Source of the DNA: an uncultured Solirubrobacterales bacterium
GTDB taxonomy: Bacteria; Actinomycetota; Thermoleophilia; Solirubrobacterales; Solirubrobacteraceae
Reading direction: 5' to 3'
Assembly: GCA_963799995.1 (NCBI GenBank)
Contig: CAWCZI010000012.1
Span: 1,964,492 to 2,028,491 of the forward strand
DNA: 64,000 nucleotides
Part shown: positions 35,900 through 45,632 of the stretch, piece by piece
Numbering within the stretch: position 1 is the stretch's first letter
Layout of the letters: each line of letters opens with the position of its first letter
Translations under genes and position numbers: made by a program
Notes under the pieces: generated by a model
The model's input: only the letters and a program-made list of their open reading frames with translations
What the model was told of the DNA's origin: nothing
Databases searched by the model: none

Positions 35900-36675
35900 C
35901 GTCGCGCCGCCTCGCGCGCGACCGAGCTCGCCCGCACCGCGGCGCGCATGCCTCCGTCGACGAGCAGGATCGTGCCGTTGCAGAACGCGCCGTCGGCCGA
36001 GGCGAAGAAGCCGACGGCGCTCGCGACATCGGCTCCGGTTCCGACCCGAGCCAGCGGCGGCAGCGTCCAGCTGGACGGATCGGTCGCCTCGCTGCGACCG
36101 GCGGTGTACGTCGCCATGCCCGGCGCGGTGTCGCCCGGGCAGACGGCGTTCACGCTGATCCCGTGTGGCCCTCCCTCGACGGCCAGCGTTTGCACGAGCA
36201 TGTTCACCGCGCGCTTGGAGACCGAATAGGCGCCGATCGCCGTCTCACCCCAGACGCCGGCGTCCGAGGAGATCATCGTGATCGAGCCGCCCCCGGCGGC
36301 TCGAAGGTGCGGCAGACAGGCGACGGCGTAGCGGTAGTAGCCAACGAGGTTGGTCTCGAGGATCGCGTCCCACGCCTCGTCCGTGGTCTCTGACAGGTGT
36401 GCCTCGTGGAGAATTCCGGCGTTGGTCACGAGCGCGTCGAGGCCCCCGAGCCGCGCCACCGCGGCGTCGACCGAGGACCGTACCGCGGCGCCGTCGCGCG
36501 CGTCCGCACAGACGAAGTCCGCGCCCGTCCGGGCCGCGACCTCGCTCCCGCGCGCCTGGTCGCGACCCGTCATCACGACCGCGGCCCCCTCGGATCTGAA
36601 GCGCTCGACGATCGACGCCCCGATCCCGGACGTGCCGCCGGTGACCACTGCTCGGATCCCCGCCAGACGCGCCAT
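35896..36675 (-). CDS. SDR-family oxidoreductase, 259 aa
   Basis: TGGTSGIG, NAG, SS, YSVSK, VNAVCPG. Start at MARLAG with GAGGAT 7 nt upstream. Confidence 0.9.
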   Translation of the reverse strand: MARLAGIRAVVTGGTSGIGASIVERFRSEGAAVVMTGRDQARGSEVAARTGADFVCADARDGAAVRSSVDAAVARLGGLDALVTNAGILHEAHLSETTDEAWDAILETNLVGYYRYAVACLPHLRAAGGGSITMISSDAGVWGETAIGAYSVSKRAVNMLVQTLAVEGGPHGISVNAVCPGDTAPGMATYTAGRSEATDPSSWTLPPLARVGTGADVASAVGFFASADGAFCNGTILLVDGGMRAAVRASSVAREAARR

Positions 36676-36865
36676 CGGTGCGATCCTCCCACAACCCGTC
36701 CCCGACCACATCCCCCTGGCCGCGATTCGAGCCCGGCTTGGATAAATAATCCAGTTGCCAACTTGCACGCCAGGTTGGCGGGCCGTAATCTGTGCCAACT
36801 CTCCCAGGCTGCGTCTCGGATCGAAGCGAGCACGGGGGCCGGAAAACCGAAGGAGGAGAAGGCTC

Positions 36866-38506
36866 ATGGCGGAAGTCACCAGCGCTCCCAGTACCCAGCC
36901 GGAGGGGGGGCGTGGACGTCTGACCGGTTCGACCGAGCTTGCCCGTAACGCGCTCGGGCTACCTCAGCTTCTGTTCTGCATCGTGACCGGGTCGGCGCCG
37001 CTCGCGGCGATGATGTTCAACGACCCGCTGTCAGGATCCGGGATCGGCATCGCGGTACCGGCGGCGTTCTGGTTGGCGGGATTCTCGTTCATGGCCTTCT
37101 CGATCGGCTACGTCCAGATGGCGCGGCGCAACACGACCGCGGGAGGCTTCTACTCCTACACCTCCTACGGCTTCGGGCGGATCATCGGCCTGGGCACGGC
37201 GCTTGCGATCGTCGGCGCGTACCTCCTGTTCGCGGTCGGCGTCAACGGCGTGACGACGTACTTCGCCAACACCAGCATCAAGGACCTCACCGGCTTCAGC
37301 ATGGACTGGCGCATCTACGCGCTCATCCTCATCCTGCTGCTGCTCACGGTCACCTACTTCCACGTGGAGGTGGTCGCCCGGCTCCTCGGGCTCGCCCTGC
37401 TCGGCGAGTTGGTGCTCCTCTTCCTGTTCTCGTTCCTGGTCCTCTTCAAGGGGGGCGGCCCGGACGGGATCGTCTGGAGCGCACTGAACCCAGCGGGCCT
37501 GTTCGGGCATGGCGCCGGGGTGGCCGGTGCGGCGCGAGTGTTCGGCGCCTCCGCGGCCGGCGTGGGCTTCTTCGGCGCGTACTGGTCCTGGGTCGGTTTT
37601 GAGATGGCGCCCAACTACGCCGAGGAGGCGCGCAACCCGAAGAAGATGATGGCCTACGCCACCTACGGCTCGGTGATCGGACTGGCCGTCGTGTTCACCT
37701 TCTGGGCATGGATGCTCGTGACCTCCTACGGAGGGGCCAAGGACCAGTGGCCATGGGCCGTCGCGGTCCAGTACGGCATCCACGCGCACGCGCCTGCGAG
37801 CGTCGGGCTGCCGGCCGGCAACTACGCCAGCGTCTACTACCCGGTCGCGCAGAAGTTCGGCGGCGTCTGGCTGAAGGACCTGTTCGAGATCTTCATCATC
37901 ACGGGCTCGTTCGCCTGCTCGCTGGCGTTCTGGAACACATCGAACCGCTACCTGTTCTCGATGGGCCGAGAGGGCATCCTGCCGCGGGCCTTCGGGCGGA
38001 CGCACTCCTCGCACAAGAGCCCATTCGTCGCGACGATGTTCACGTTCTGCTTCGTGATCGTGTTCACGCTGCTGTTCGCGGTGGGCATCATGGGCGGTGC
38101 TCAGCGCTCGGCGCTCAAGGTCGGTGTGTCGGACCCGATCGTCGCGCTCTCACAGGTCGGGACGTGGTGGCCGTTCCAGGGGAATCTGCTCTTGTTCTCG
38201 ATCATGTCGCTGTGCAGCCTCGCGATCGTGGTCTACTTCCTCAGACCCGAGAACCGAGACGGCTTCCACTGGTTCAAGACCTTCCTGGCTCCGATCCTGG
38301 GGGCCGGGTCGATCATGTTCGCGATCTACCTGATGATCAGCAACCGGGGGACGCTCCTGGGCACTCCGAACACCGGCTTCGCATTCCTGACGCCGTTCAT
38401 CGCGCTCGCTGTCTTCCTAGCCGGCTGCGTCCTCGCTGTCATCTACAGGCGGTGGTCGGTCGCGCGCTACGAGGCGGTGGGTAAGTTCGTCCACGAAGAG
38501 GCCTGA
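36866..38506 (+). CDS. APC-family amino acid/amine permease
   Basis: GSAPL in TM1, AGGFYSY, GFEMAPNYAEE, about 12 hydrophobic segments; RBS AGGAGG. Confidence 0.92.
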   Translation: MAEVTSAPSTQPEGGRGRLTGSTELARNALGLPQLLFCIVTGSAPLAAMMFNDPLSGSGIGIAVPAAFWLAGFSFMAFSIGYVQMARRNTTAGGFYSYTSYGFGRIIGLGTALAIVGAYLLFAVGVNGVTTYFANTSIKDLTGFSMDWRIYALILILLLLTVTYFHVEVVARLLGLALLGELVLLFLFSFLVLFKGGGPDGIVWSALNPAGLFGHGAGVAGAARVFGASAAGVGFFGAYWSWVGFEMAPNYAEEARNPKKMMAYATYGSVIGLAVVFTFWAWMLVTSYGGAKDQWPWAVAVQYGIHAHAPASVGLPAGNYASVYYPVAQKFGGVWLKDLFEIFIITGSFACSLAFWNTSNRYLFSMGREGILPRAFGRTHSSHKSPFVATMFTFCFVIVFTLLFAVGIMGGAQRSALKVGVSDPIVALSQVGTWWPFQGNLLLFSIMSLCSLAIVVYFLRPENRDGFHWFKTFLAPILGAGSIMFAIYLMISNRGTLLGTPNTGFAFLTPFIALAVFLAGCVLAVIYRRWSVARYEAVGKFVHEEA

Positions 38507-38531
38507 CGCCGGGGCCTTGAAGGTCGAGGTC

Positions 38532-38558
38532 GGGGCGAGGTCACAAGCACCTCGCCCC
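38532..38558 (+). terminator. Hairpin after the permease (possible terminator)
   Basis: 10-bp perfect stem ggggcgaggt/acctcgcccc with a 7-nt loop; no U-tract. Confidence 0.4.
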
Positions 38559-38571
38559 CGGGGGTGGACGA

Positions 38572-39279
38572 GTGCCGCTCGTCACCGAAGTCCCTGACCC
38601 GCTGAGATTCCACGGAATCGAGCCTGAGCGGGAGGCCCGCGGCTTCGCGATCACGCTCGATCAGGCGCAGCTGCAGGCCGGGGGACGGATCGAGGGCCGC
38701 GTGGAGCGGCGCGGCCAGCGGCGCGATCCCCGGCCGCTGCGCGTCGAGGTTCGCTGCGACGCCTGCTGGGTGGATATCGCGCCCCAGTTCGTCGGGCGTG
38801 AGTCTGTCTTCTCCTGGTCGGCCCCGGGCGACATGCGCAACCGGTTCGTGCCCGTCTGGCTCGAGGAGGAGACCTTCCGCGACCACCTCGAGGTGGGACC
38901 CCTCGACGAAGCCAACTGGAGAAGGTTCGCGCTCACCATCCCGGACGAGCTCCCGCGAGCGCTTGAGGGAACATTCGTCGCGTTCCGCTGGCGGCTGCAG
39001 GCGCGTCGCGCCCGACGCGTGGGGCACGAGCTGGCGTCGCTTCCGCTGCTCCTGGTCGAGCGCCAGGACCAGCCCGTGGTCCGGGTGGAGACGAGCCCGA
39101 TCGGCACTTGGCGCCTGCTGGAGTGGCGATCGGAGAACGACGTCGGCGGTTCCGCGGGCCCCTGCTCGATCACCTACGAAGCTCGCCGACCGGAGGACAT
39201 GCCCCGTCCGGGCGAGACGCCGCGAAGCGGAGCGCAAGCGCCTGGCCGGCCGGTGATCATCCGCGTACGCCATCATTGA
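38572..39279 (+). CDS. Hypothetical protein (possibly arrestin/Spo0M-like beta-sandwich)
   Basis: Coding-like composition; GGRIEG...FALTIPDELP.ALEG...WRLQAR resembles arrestin-N-like folds (weak). Confidence 0.65.
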   Translation: MPLVTEVPDPLRFHGIEPEREARGFAITLDQAQLQAGGRIEGRVERRGQRRDPRPLRVEVRCDACWVDIAPQFVGRESVFSWSAPGDMRNRFVPVWLEEETFRDHLEVGPLDEANWRRFALTIPDELPRALEGTFVAFRWRLQARRARRVGHELASLPLLLVERQDQPVVRVETSPIGTWRLLEWRSENDVGGSAGPCSITYEARRPEDMPRPGETPRSGAQAPGRPVIIRVRHH

Positions 39280-40583
39280 CCGCCGTGCGCGCCGTCCTCG
39301 CGGTCTGCGCCCTGGCGATCGCCGGGGCTCTCGCCTTAGCCCCCACCGCCTCGGCCGCTGGCTGCCCTACCGCGACCTACCTGGATTACAACCATCTCGC
39401 GTACGCCGACGTCAGCGTTCCCGCGACGGTCACACTTCCCACCGGCACCACGGCTGGAGCCGGCACGATCGACAAGCCCACCAGCTCGAACGGCTGCAAG
39501 CGAGGCCTGCAATCGGTCCACGTGCTGTCGGTGGGCCAGCTCGCCCCCGGCGTCGCAGTGCTCGTCAGCGGGGTGCCGCGAAAGATCTTCGTGATCGGGT
39601 CCAGGTGCGCAGGGTTTGGGGGCTCGTCCTACTGGGACTGCCTGCTGCGGCCGCTCGTGTTCGACGGACGCCAGTTCACGGCCACGAGCTACCCGACCGG
39701 ACCGCCGCCACGCAGAACGGTGGTGCTCGGGGCTGCCCTCGGGACGGCCCAGTACCAAGGAAAGCGGGTCACGGTCCGCCGCATCGACGGTGTCGATCCC
39801 TCGCTCGCCGTCGGTGTCACCGGCGAGCGCAGCGACGCCTTCCTCAGCTCGAGCACGTGCCCTTACGGTGCGTTCTCGAACGATCCCCGGTACGACAACC
39901 TCCTCCGTTGCCTGCACAGCCCCGTGTGGTTCACGTTCGATCCCCCGGGCATCGAGGCCGGCGGCACGGTCGTCGCCCGCAGCGACCGGCCCGTGACGGC
40001 CGCCGTCGCCAGCGCTTCGATCAGCCTGGCCCGGCTTCCGATCGCGGCCGACTTCGTCCCCCCCAATCCCCGGCTCGTGCGCGTCGGCCGCGTGGCCGGC
40101 CACGTCAGCCTGAAGGTGCCGGGGGTGGCCCCCGGCATCTACGAGGCGGTCGTCTCGTGCCCTCTCTGCGCCGCGCCCACACACGGCGCCGGGCCCCTGT
40201 ATCCGGCCGGGTCGTTCCTCGTCTCCCCGACGCCGAAGACCTCGCTCGGCATCCAGATCGTCTCCTACGTCCTCGCGGCCGCGGTGCTGGCCGCGTTGGC
40301 CCTGGGCTACCGAGCCCGTCGCCGGCGCCGCGCCCAGGGCCTCGGTCGCCCCAGCAGCGAGATGGGCCGGACACTGGGCGCAATGCTCCTCGGACCCGGA
40401 CCGGCGGGCTCCTCACGCCGTGCCAGGAGCTGGAGCGAAGACGCGGCCGCTCGCCCACCGGCTCGAGGCGCCGCGGCGCCCGAAGCACCTCCCCGGGCCA
40501 AGCCCGCAGCTGAGCCGGCGCGAGATGGACGCGGACGCGCGAGTGCGTCCCGCCGGCGGCGAAAGCGGCGCGGCGGGAGCTAG
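39276..40583 (+). CDS. Secreted/membrane-anchored hypothetical protein
   Basis: Signal peptide (AVLAVCALAIAGALALAPTASA), paired Cys, internally repeated domain, C-terminal TM helix plus basic tail. Confidence 0.7.
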   Translation: MTAVRAVLAVCALAIAGALALAPTASAAGCPTATYLDYNHLAYADVSVPATVTLPTGTTAGAGTIDKPTSSNGCKRGLQSVHVLSVGQLAPGVAVLVSGVPRKIFVIGSRCAGFGGSSYWDCLLRPLVFDGRQFTATSYPTGPPPRRTVVLGAALGTAQYQGKRVTVRRIDGVDPSLAVGVTGERSDAFLSSSTCPYGAFSNDPRYDNLLRCLHSPVWFTFDPPGIEAGGTVVARSDRPVTAAVASASISLARLPIAADFVPPNPRLVRVGRVAGHVSLKVPGVAPGIYEAVVSCPLCAAPTHGAGPLYPAGSFLVSPTPKTSLGIQIVSYVLAAAVLAALALGYRARRRRRAQGLGRPSSEMGRTLGAMLLGPGPAGSSRRARSWSEDAAARPPARGAAAPEAPPRAKPAAEPARDGRGRASASRRRRKRRGGS

Positions 40584-40605
40584 CGCACCGGCGGGCGGGC
40601 GGGCG

Positions 40606-41862
40606 CTAGCGCACCCGGAGCGGGAGGCTCTTGACCCCGTTGAAGAAGTTCGAGCGCAGACGCTTGGGCTCGGCGGCGAGCTCGAGGCGGCGAAGCAGCG
40701 GCAGCATCTCCTCGAGCCAGATGCGCAGCTCCAGCCGTGCCAGGTGGGCGCCGAGACAGAAGTGCGGGCTGCCGAGACCGAAGGCGAGATGCCGGTTGGG
40801 TTGGCGCCCCACGTCGAAGCGATCCGCGGCGGCGAACTGATCCTTATCGCGATTGCCCGAGACGTACCACAGCGCGACCTTGTCACCGGCCCGGATCGTC
40901 GCTCCGTGCAGCTCGATATCTCGCGTCGCGGTGCGGCGGAAGTGCAGCAGCGACGGCGCCCAGCGCAGGATCTCCTCCACCGCGGTCGGGATCAGGGCCG
41001 GATCGTCGACGAGCCGGTCGCGCTGCGCCGGATGCTCGAGCAGCGCGATCAGCCCGTTTGACATCGCGTGGCGGGTGGTCTCGTTTCCGGCCGTCACCAG
41101 CAGCAGGAAGAACAGTTCGAACTCGTGCTCGGAGAGACGGTCCCCGTCGACGTCGGCCTCGATCAGCCTTGTGGTGACGTCGTCGCGGCGCTCGCGGCGC
41201 CGCTGCGCCGCGAGCGCGTTGGCGTAAGCGAACATCTCCGGCGCCGCCGGACTGGAGAACGGCAGGTGCGCGTATTTCGAGAGGTCGGCCGCGCCCGCCA
41301 CGAACTCGCCGGCGTGGTCGGGATCGGTGTTCCCGAGCATCCGGTTGCCGAGGTCGACCAGGTGCCGCCGGTCGTCGAGCGGCACGCCCATGAGCTCACA
41401 CAGGATCCGCATCGGCAGCTCGGTCGCGACAGCGTCGACGAAGTCGAGCTCCGGCTCGGCGAAAGCGGAGGCGAGGACTTCGCCGAACATCGCGCGGATG
41501 CGCCCCTCGTAGGCGTTGACCACGCGGAGCATGAACGCCTTGTTGACGATGCTCCGCAGGCGCTTGTGCTTGGGCGGATCGGTGTCGAGCATCGACATCC
41601 GCGACTGCACCTGCTCCGGGGAGAGATCCATCAGCGAGGTGCCGCCGGCCTCGGACGAGAACGTCCGGTAGTCCTTGGAGGCGGCCAGGATGTCGTCGTA
41701 GCGGGTCAGCGACCAGAACCCGCGTCCCTGGCGCTCCTCCTGCCAGAACACCGGCGCCTCGCGCCGGAGCTGCGCGAACCACTCGTGCGGTGCTCCACCC
41801 GCCCAGCGGTCGAGATCGGTGAGGTCCACGTCGGCCAGCGAGCCGCCGGCGACGGCTGTCAT
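40606..41862 (-). CDS. Cytochrome P450
   Basis: DPPKHKRLR, TAGNETT, EEILRW, FGLGSPHFCLG. Confidence 0.93.
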   Translation of the reverse strand: MTAVAGGSLADVDLTDLDRWAGGAPHEWFAQLRREAPVFWQEERQGRGFWSLTRYDDILAASKDYRTFSSEAGGTSLMDLSPEQVQSRMSMLDTDPPKHKRLRSIVNKAFMLRVVNAYEGRIRAMFGEVLASAFAEPELDFVDAVATELPMRILCELMGVPLDDRRHLVDLGNRMLGNTDPDHAGEFVAGAADLSKYAHLPFSSPAAPEMFAYANALAAQRRRERRDDVTTRLIEADVDGDRLSEHEFELFFLLLVTAGNETTRHAMSNGLIALLEHPAQRDRLVDDPALIPTAVEEILRWAPSLLHFRRTATRDIELHGATIRAGDKVALWYVSGNRDKDQFAAADRFDVGRQPNRHLAFGLGSPHFCLGAHLARLELRIWLEEMLPLLRRLELAAEPKRLRSNFFNGVKSLPLRVR

Positions 41863-41912
41863 GCTCGCCGTTCTCCAGGACGTGACACGTGCGAAGTGTA
41901 GAGTCGGCCGCG

Positions 41913-43259
41913 ATGGCTGTTACGCCCCGAATCGCGCGTCCCGCCGTCCGTCCCGAAGCGCTCGCTGCGGCATTCTCATTCTCCGCGCTCGACGCGATCT
42001 TCACCCGGCGAGCTCGCCGTTTCGCGCTCGGGGCGACGCTGACCGGACCGCTCGCCTTCCGCTCGGAGAAGGAGCCGGTGCCGCTGGCCGTCGAGGAGGA
42101 GGCGATCCTGGTCGCCGCTGCGACCGGCATCACCGGCGTCGTGCGCGAGGAATGGCCTTTCCGCGACAGCGAGGACGGCACGACCAGCGCGGACAAGCTC
42201 GCCTCGTTCACGGGACGGAGCTTCCCGAGCCCGCTCGCGATCCACGGCACCGAGCTGTTCTGGACCAACGACGAAGGGGTGTTCGTCCTCCCCCAGCGCG
42301 ATCACACGCCCGAGCGCTACCTCCAGCTCCAGACCCATGAGGAGCGCGATGAGCTCTACCGGCAGGCGATCAAGCTCCAGGACGGGCGCCTCGACGTTCC
42401 GCGCCGGCGGCCCAACCTGTTCAAGTTCAATGAGTGGCTGGTCAACACAGAGGGCGCGACGCTCTTCATCCCGGTGTCGGACGTGACGCGCCAGTGCATC
42501 GCCGCCATGCTGCTCTACTTCGATCGGCCGCACGGCTACTACATCGTCGACAAGCAGCTCGGGAACGACCCGCTGCGCCCCTACGTCGACTCGGGGCTGC
42601 TCGATCCCGCCCACCCCGTCGACCTGTGGGACTTCGAACGCTGGCAGATGGTGGACATGAACGGCGTCGAGGAGGGGCTCATGATCGAGAACCTCATGAT
42701 CGCCACCCAGGCGCTCGGGATCGGCGGGCATCCGTTCTCGGGGGGAAAGGGCCGCGTGACCCTGGGCGGCGAGCAGCAGTGGCGCGAGATCGGCGGCGAG
42801 GGCCCGTGCGGCTCTCTCGGCTTCACCTTTCACCGCGTGCCCGACGACGCTCCCGTAGGTGCCGGGGAGGAGATTCCCGTCGGGCTCGAGGGGATCTTCG
42901 AAGGCGCGTGCCCGCCGTTTCACACCGACATGGACGCGGCGGTGGACTTCATCCTCGATCAGCGCTGGGGCGAGGACGGCATCTTCTCGGCTCCGGAGCG
43001 CCGGCAGACCCCGTGGCGCTCGCCCGAGGTCGCGCGTGGCGTACCGCGCCCCTCGGACGAGGCGATCGAGGCGACCAAGACCCTCTGCCGCTACATCTGG
43101 AACACCTACGGGCGCTTCCCGGCGACGATCGACCCCTTCCTGATGACGGTCTGGTACCAGGCCGCGCACCTCGACGTCGACTTCTACGACCGTTACTACC
43201 CGCCGGAGGCGCTGCCCGCGCACGTGCGCTCGCACATGCACGATTGGCACGAGCTCTGA
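41913..43259 (+). CDS. Conserved hypothetical protein with nitroreductase/SagB-like motifs, 448 aa
   Basis: RRARRF, GRSFPSPLAIHGTELF, GLMIENLMIATQALGIGG. TAGAGT lies 8 nt before the ATG. Confidence 0.7.
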   Translation: MAVTPRIARPAVRPEALAAAFSFSALDAIFTRRARRFALGATLTGPLAFRSEKEPVPLAVEEEAILVAAATGITGVVREEWPFRDSEDGTTSADKLASFTGRSFPSPLAIHGTELFWTNDEGVFVLPQRDHTPERYLQLQTHEERDELYRQAIKLQDGRLDVPRRRPNLFKFNEWLVNTEGATLFIPVSDVTRQCIAAMLLYFDRPHGYYIVDKQLGNDPLRPYVDSGLLDPAHPVDLWDFERWQMVDMNGVEEGLMIENLMIATQALGIGGHPFSGGKGRVTLGGEQQWREIGGEGPCGSLGFTFHRVPDDAPVGAGEEIPVGLEGIFEGACPPFHTDMDAAVDFILDQRWGEDGIFSAPERRQTPWRSPEVARGVPRPSDEAIEATKTLCRYIWNTYGRFPATIDPFLMTVWYQAAHLDVDFYDRYYPPEALPAHVRSHMHDWHEL

Positions 43260-44197
43260 TGGGTGACGCCACACTCGAGCTCGGCGATCTCGAGCTCGAG
43301 CTGGGCGGGGTGATCCCCGCGGCGCGGCTTGCCTACCGGACCCACGGGACGCTCGCGCCGGACCGCAGCAACGCGATCCTGTTCGCCCACCAGTATTCGG
43401 CGACGCCGGCCTCGCTGGATCCATGGATCGGGAGCGGCCGGGCGCTCGACCCCGAGCGTTGGTTCGTGATCTGTCCCGGGCAGCTCGGGAACGGGATCTC
43501 CTCCTCCCCCAGCACGACCGCGGGCCCGTTCCCCGAGCTCACGATCGGCGACGACGTTGCCGCGCAGCACCGGCTCGTCTCGGATCTGTTCGGGATCGAG
43601 CGGCTCGAGCTCGTGCTCGGATTCTCGATGGGCGGGCAACAGGCCTACGAATGGGCCGTCCGCTTCCCCCCGATGGTCTCGAAGCTCGCGGTGTTCGCCG
43701 CGCTCGCGCGGACCACGCCCGCCAACGACCTGCTCGTCGCGGCGGCGGCCGAGGCGCTCGCGGCCGGGAGCATTCAGCACGCCCACTTCTGGGCGGCGAC
43801 AGCGCTGTCAGCCGAGCTCTTCCGGACGCAGGCCTGGCGCGAGGCGGGCTTCGCTTCGGTCGCCGACCTCATCACCCGCCTGTTCGAGGAGGACTTCGAG
43901 CACCTGCCGGCGGCCGATCTGCACTCCCAGCTCGCGAAGTGGCGCCGGGCCGACGTCGCCCGGCATGCGGATGGCCACCTCGAGGGGGCCCTCGGCCGCA
44001 TCACGGCTCGCGCCGTGGTCGCCGCGTTCTCGCATGACAGCCTGTTCCCGGCCCCCGACTGCCGGACCGAGCAGGAGCTGATTGCCGGCAGCTCACTGCG
44101 GGTGGTCGAGAGCTTCTGGGGCCACTACGCCTGGGGTATCAGCGCTGCCGAAACCGCCCAGATCGAGCAGATTCTCAGCGACCTGCTGGTTACATGA
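43259..44197 (+). CDS. Homoserine-acetyltransferase-like (MetX-fold) alpha/beta hydrolase, 312 aa
   Basis: LAYRTHG, GQLGNG.SSSP, GFSMGGQQ, DSLF, WGHY. TGATG coupling to the upstream gene. Confidence 0.82.
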   Translation: MGDATLELGDLELELGGVIPAARLAYRTHGTLAPDRSNAILFAHQYSATPASLDPWIGSGRALDPERWFVICPGQLGNGISSSPSTTAGPFPELTIGDDVAAQHRLVSDLFGIERLELVLGFSMGGQQAYEWAVRFPPMVSKLAVFAALARTTPANDLLVAAAAEALAAGSIQHAHFWAATALSAELFRTQAWREAGFASVADLITRLFEEDFEHLPAADLHSQLAKWRRADVARHADGHLEGALGRITARAVVAAFSHDSLFPAPDCRTEQELIAGSSLRVVESFWGHYAWGISAAETAQIEQILSDLLVT

Positions 44198-45537
44198 CCT
44201 CGCGGTAGCGGTCGCGTTCGAAGTCGGTGACGTGTCGCGCGAACAGCTCGAGTTCGTGCCGAAGCATGACGACGTAGACGTCCACGAACAGGTCGCCGTA
44301 CGCGTCGCGGATGAAGCGGCTGTGCTCGAGTGCGGGCAGCGCCTCCTCGAGGTTGGTGGGCAGACGCGTGAGCGACGCATCGACGTGAGGGTCACCGGTC
44401 ACGATCGGCGGCACCTCGAGATCGCGCTCGAGCCCGTCGGCCCCGGCAGCGAGACAGCCGGCGACGACGAGGTACGGGTTGGCATCGGCCGATGCCCAGC
44501 GGCACTCGAGCCTCGTCGCGGCACCGCGGCCGACGGCTGAGCGCACGCCGACGAGCCGGTGGTCGAGCCCCCAGCTCACCTGCGTCGGGGAGAACGAATA
44601 GTCCTCGACGCGCTTGTACGAGTTGATCGTGGGGCAGTTGACCGCCTGCAGCTCGACCTGATGCTCAAGGAGCCCGGAGAGGTAGCGGCGCATCAGCTTC
44701 GAGCGCAGCGGGGGATCGTCGTCCTCCTCGCGCAAAGGCGTTGCGGCCGTCGGCACCGAGGAGGCTCTGGTGGATGTGCAGCCCGTTCCCCGCCTCGGTG
44801 ATGTAGGGCTTCGGCATGAACGTGGCCCGGAGGCCGTGCGCCGACGCGACCTGTTTGACGACGTACTTGAGCAGGATCGTCGCGTCCACGATCTCGATCG
44901 GCGACCCGTGACCGAGGTTGACCTCGACCTGCGCGGGCCCGTACTCGACGTTCCAGGCTTCGACCTCGATGCCGGAGCCCTCGAGGATCCGCTTGATCTC
45001 GGTGACCACGGGCTCGACCTCGGCGCCCTTCTGCATCGAGTAGCAGTGCGTCCCGGTGTACAGCGGCTCCCAGTTGGGATGACACAGGTGGAACTCGAGC
45101 TCGGTCGCGGCGACCGGCTCATAGCCGTGGCCCCGGACCCTCTCCACAGCTCGGCGCAGGATCGCGCGGCCGTCCATCGGGATGGGCTCGTCCGTGATCG
45201 GGTCGATCGTGTCGCAGATGCAGAAGGCGGTCCCGTCTCGCCAGGCGGCCCGGCGCAGGGTGGAGACGTCCGGGACCACGTGCATGTCCGGGTATCCGGT
45301 CACGTCGTTGACGAAGGCGGTCGGGAAGATCACGCCGTGCATGTCCCAGGTAAAGGCGACGTTCGCGATCGCGAAGCCGTCGCCGCCGGCACAGGAGCAG
45401 AAGTGCTTGGTGGCGAGCCGCTTTCCCCGGGGAATGCCCCACGTGTCGGCGAACATGCATTCGACCGTGTGGATCTGCTCCCGGTCGAGGAACTCCCGGA
45501 CAGACTCGATATCGGCTGCGGCTTCGGTCACGTTCAT
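44190..45537 (-). CDS. Glutamine synthetase-like gamma-glutamylamide ligase, frameshifted at about 44732
   Basis: RGKRL, ELEFHL, EYGPAQVEVN, MPKP, GNGLHIHQSL; then in a second frame NSYKR, WGLDHR, RLECR..ADANPY. Confidence 0.88.
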
Positions 45538-45632
45538 GCGACCCTCTCTCTTCCTCCCTCGCGAAGCGGGCGGTTATCGTAACGATCTCGCACGCGGCGA
45601 GGATGCAATCGAAGCGTTGAGGAGGTGGGCCC

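Noticed and set aside
35219-36675. SDRs as the AAU/RMM aminopropanol dehydrogenase
   Set aside because: They lie 20 kb from the BMC operon and I see no feature that ties them specifically to that subfamily. A phylogeny is needed.
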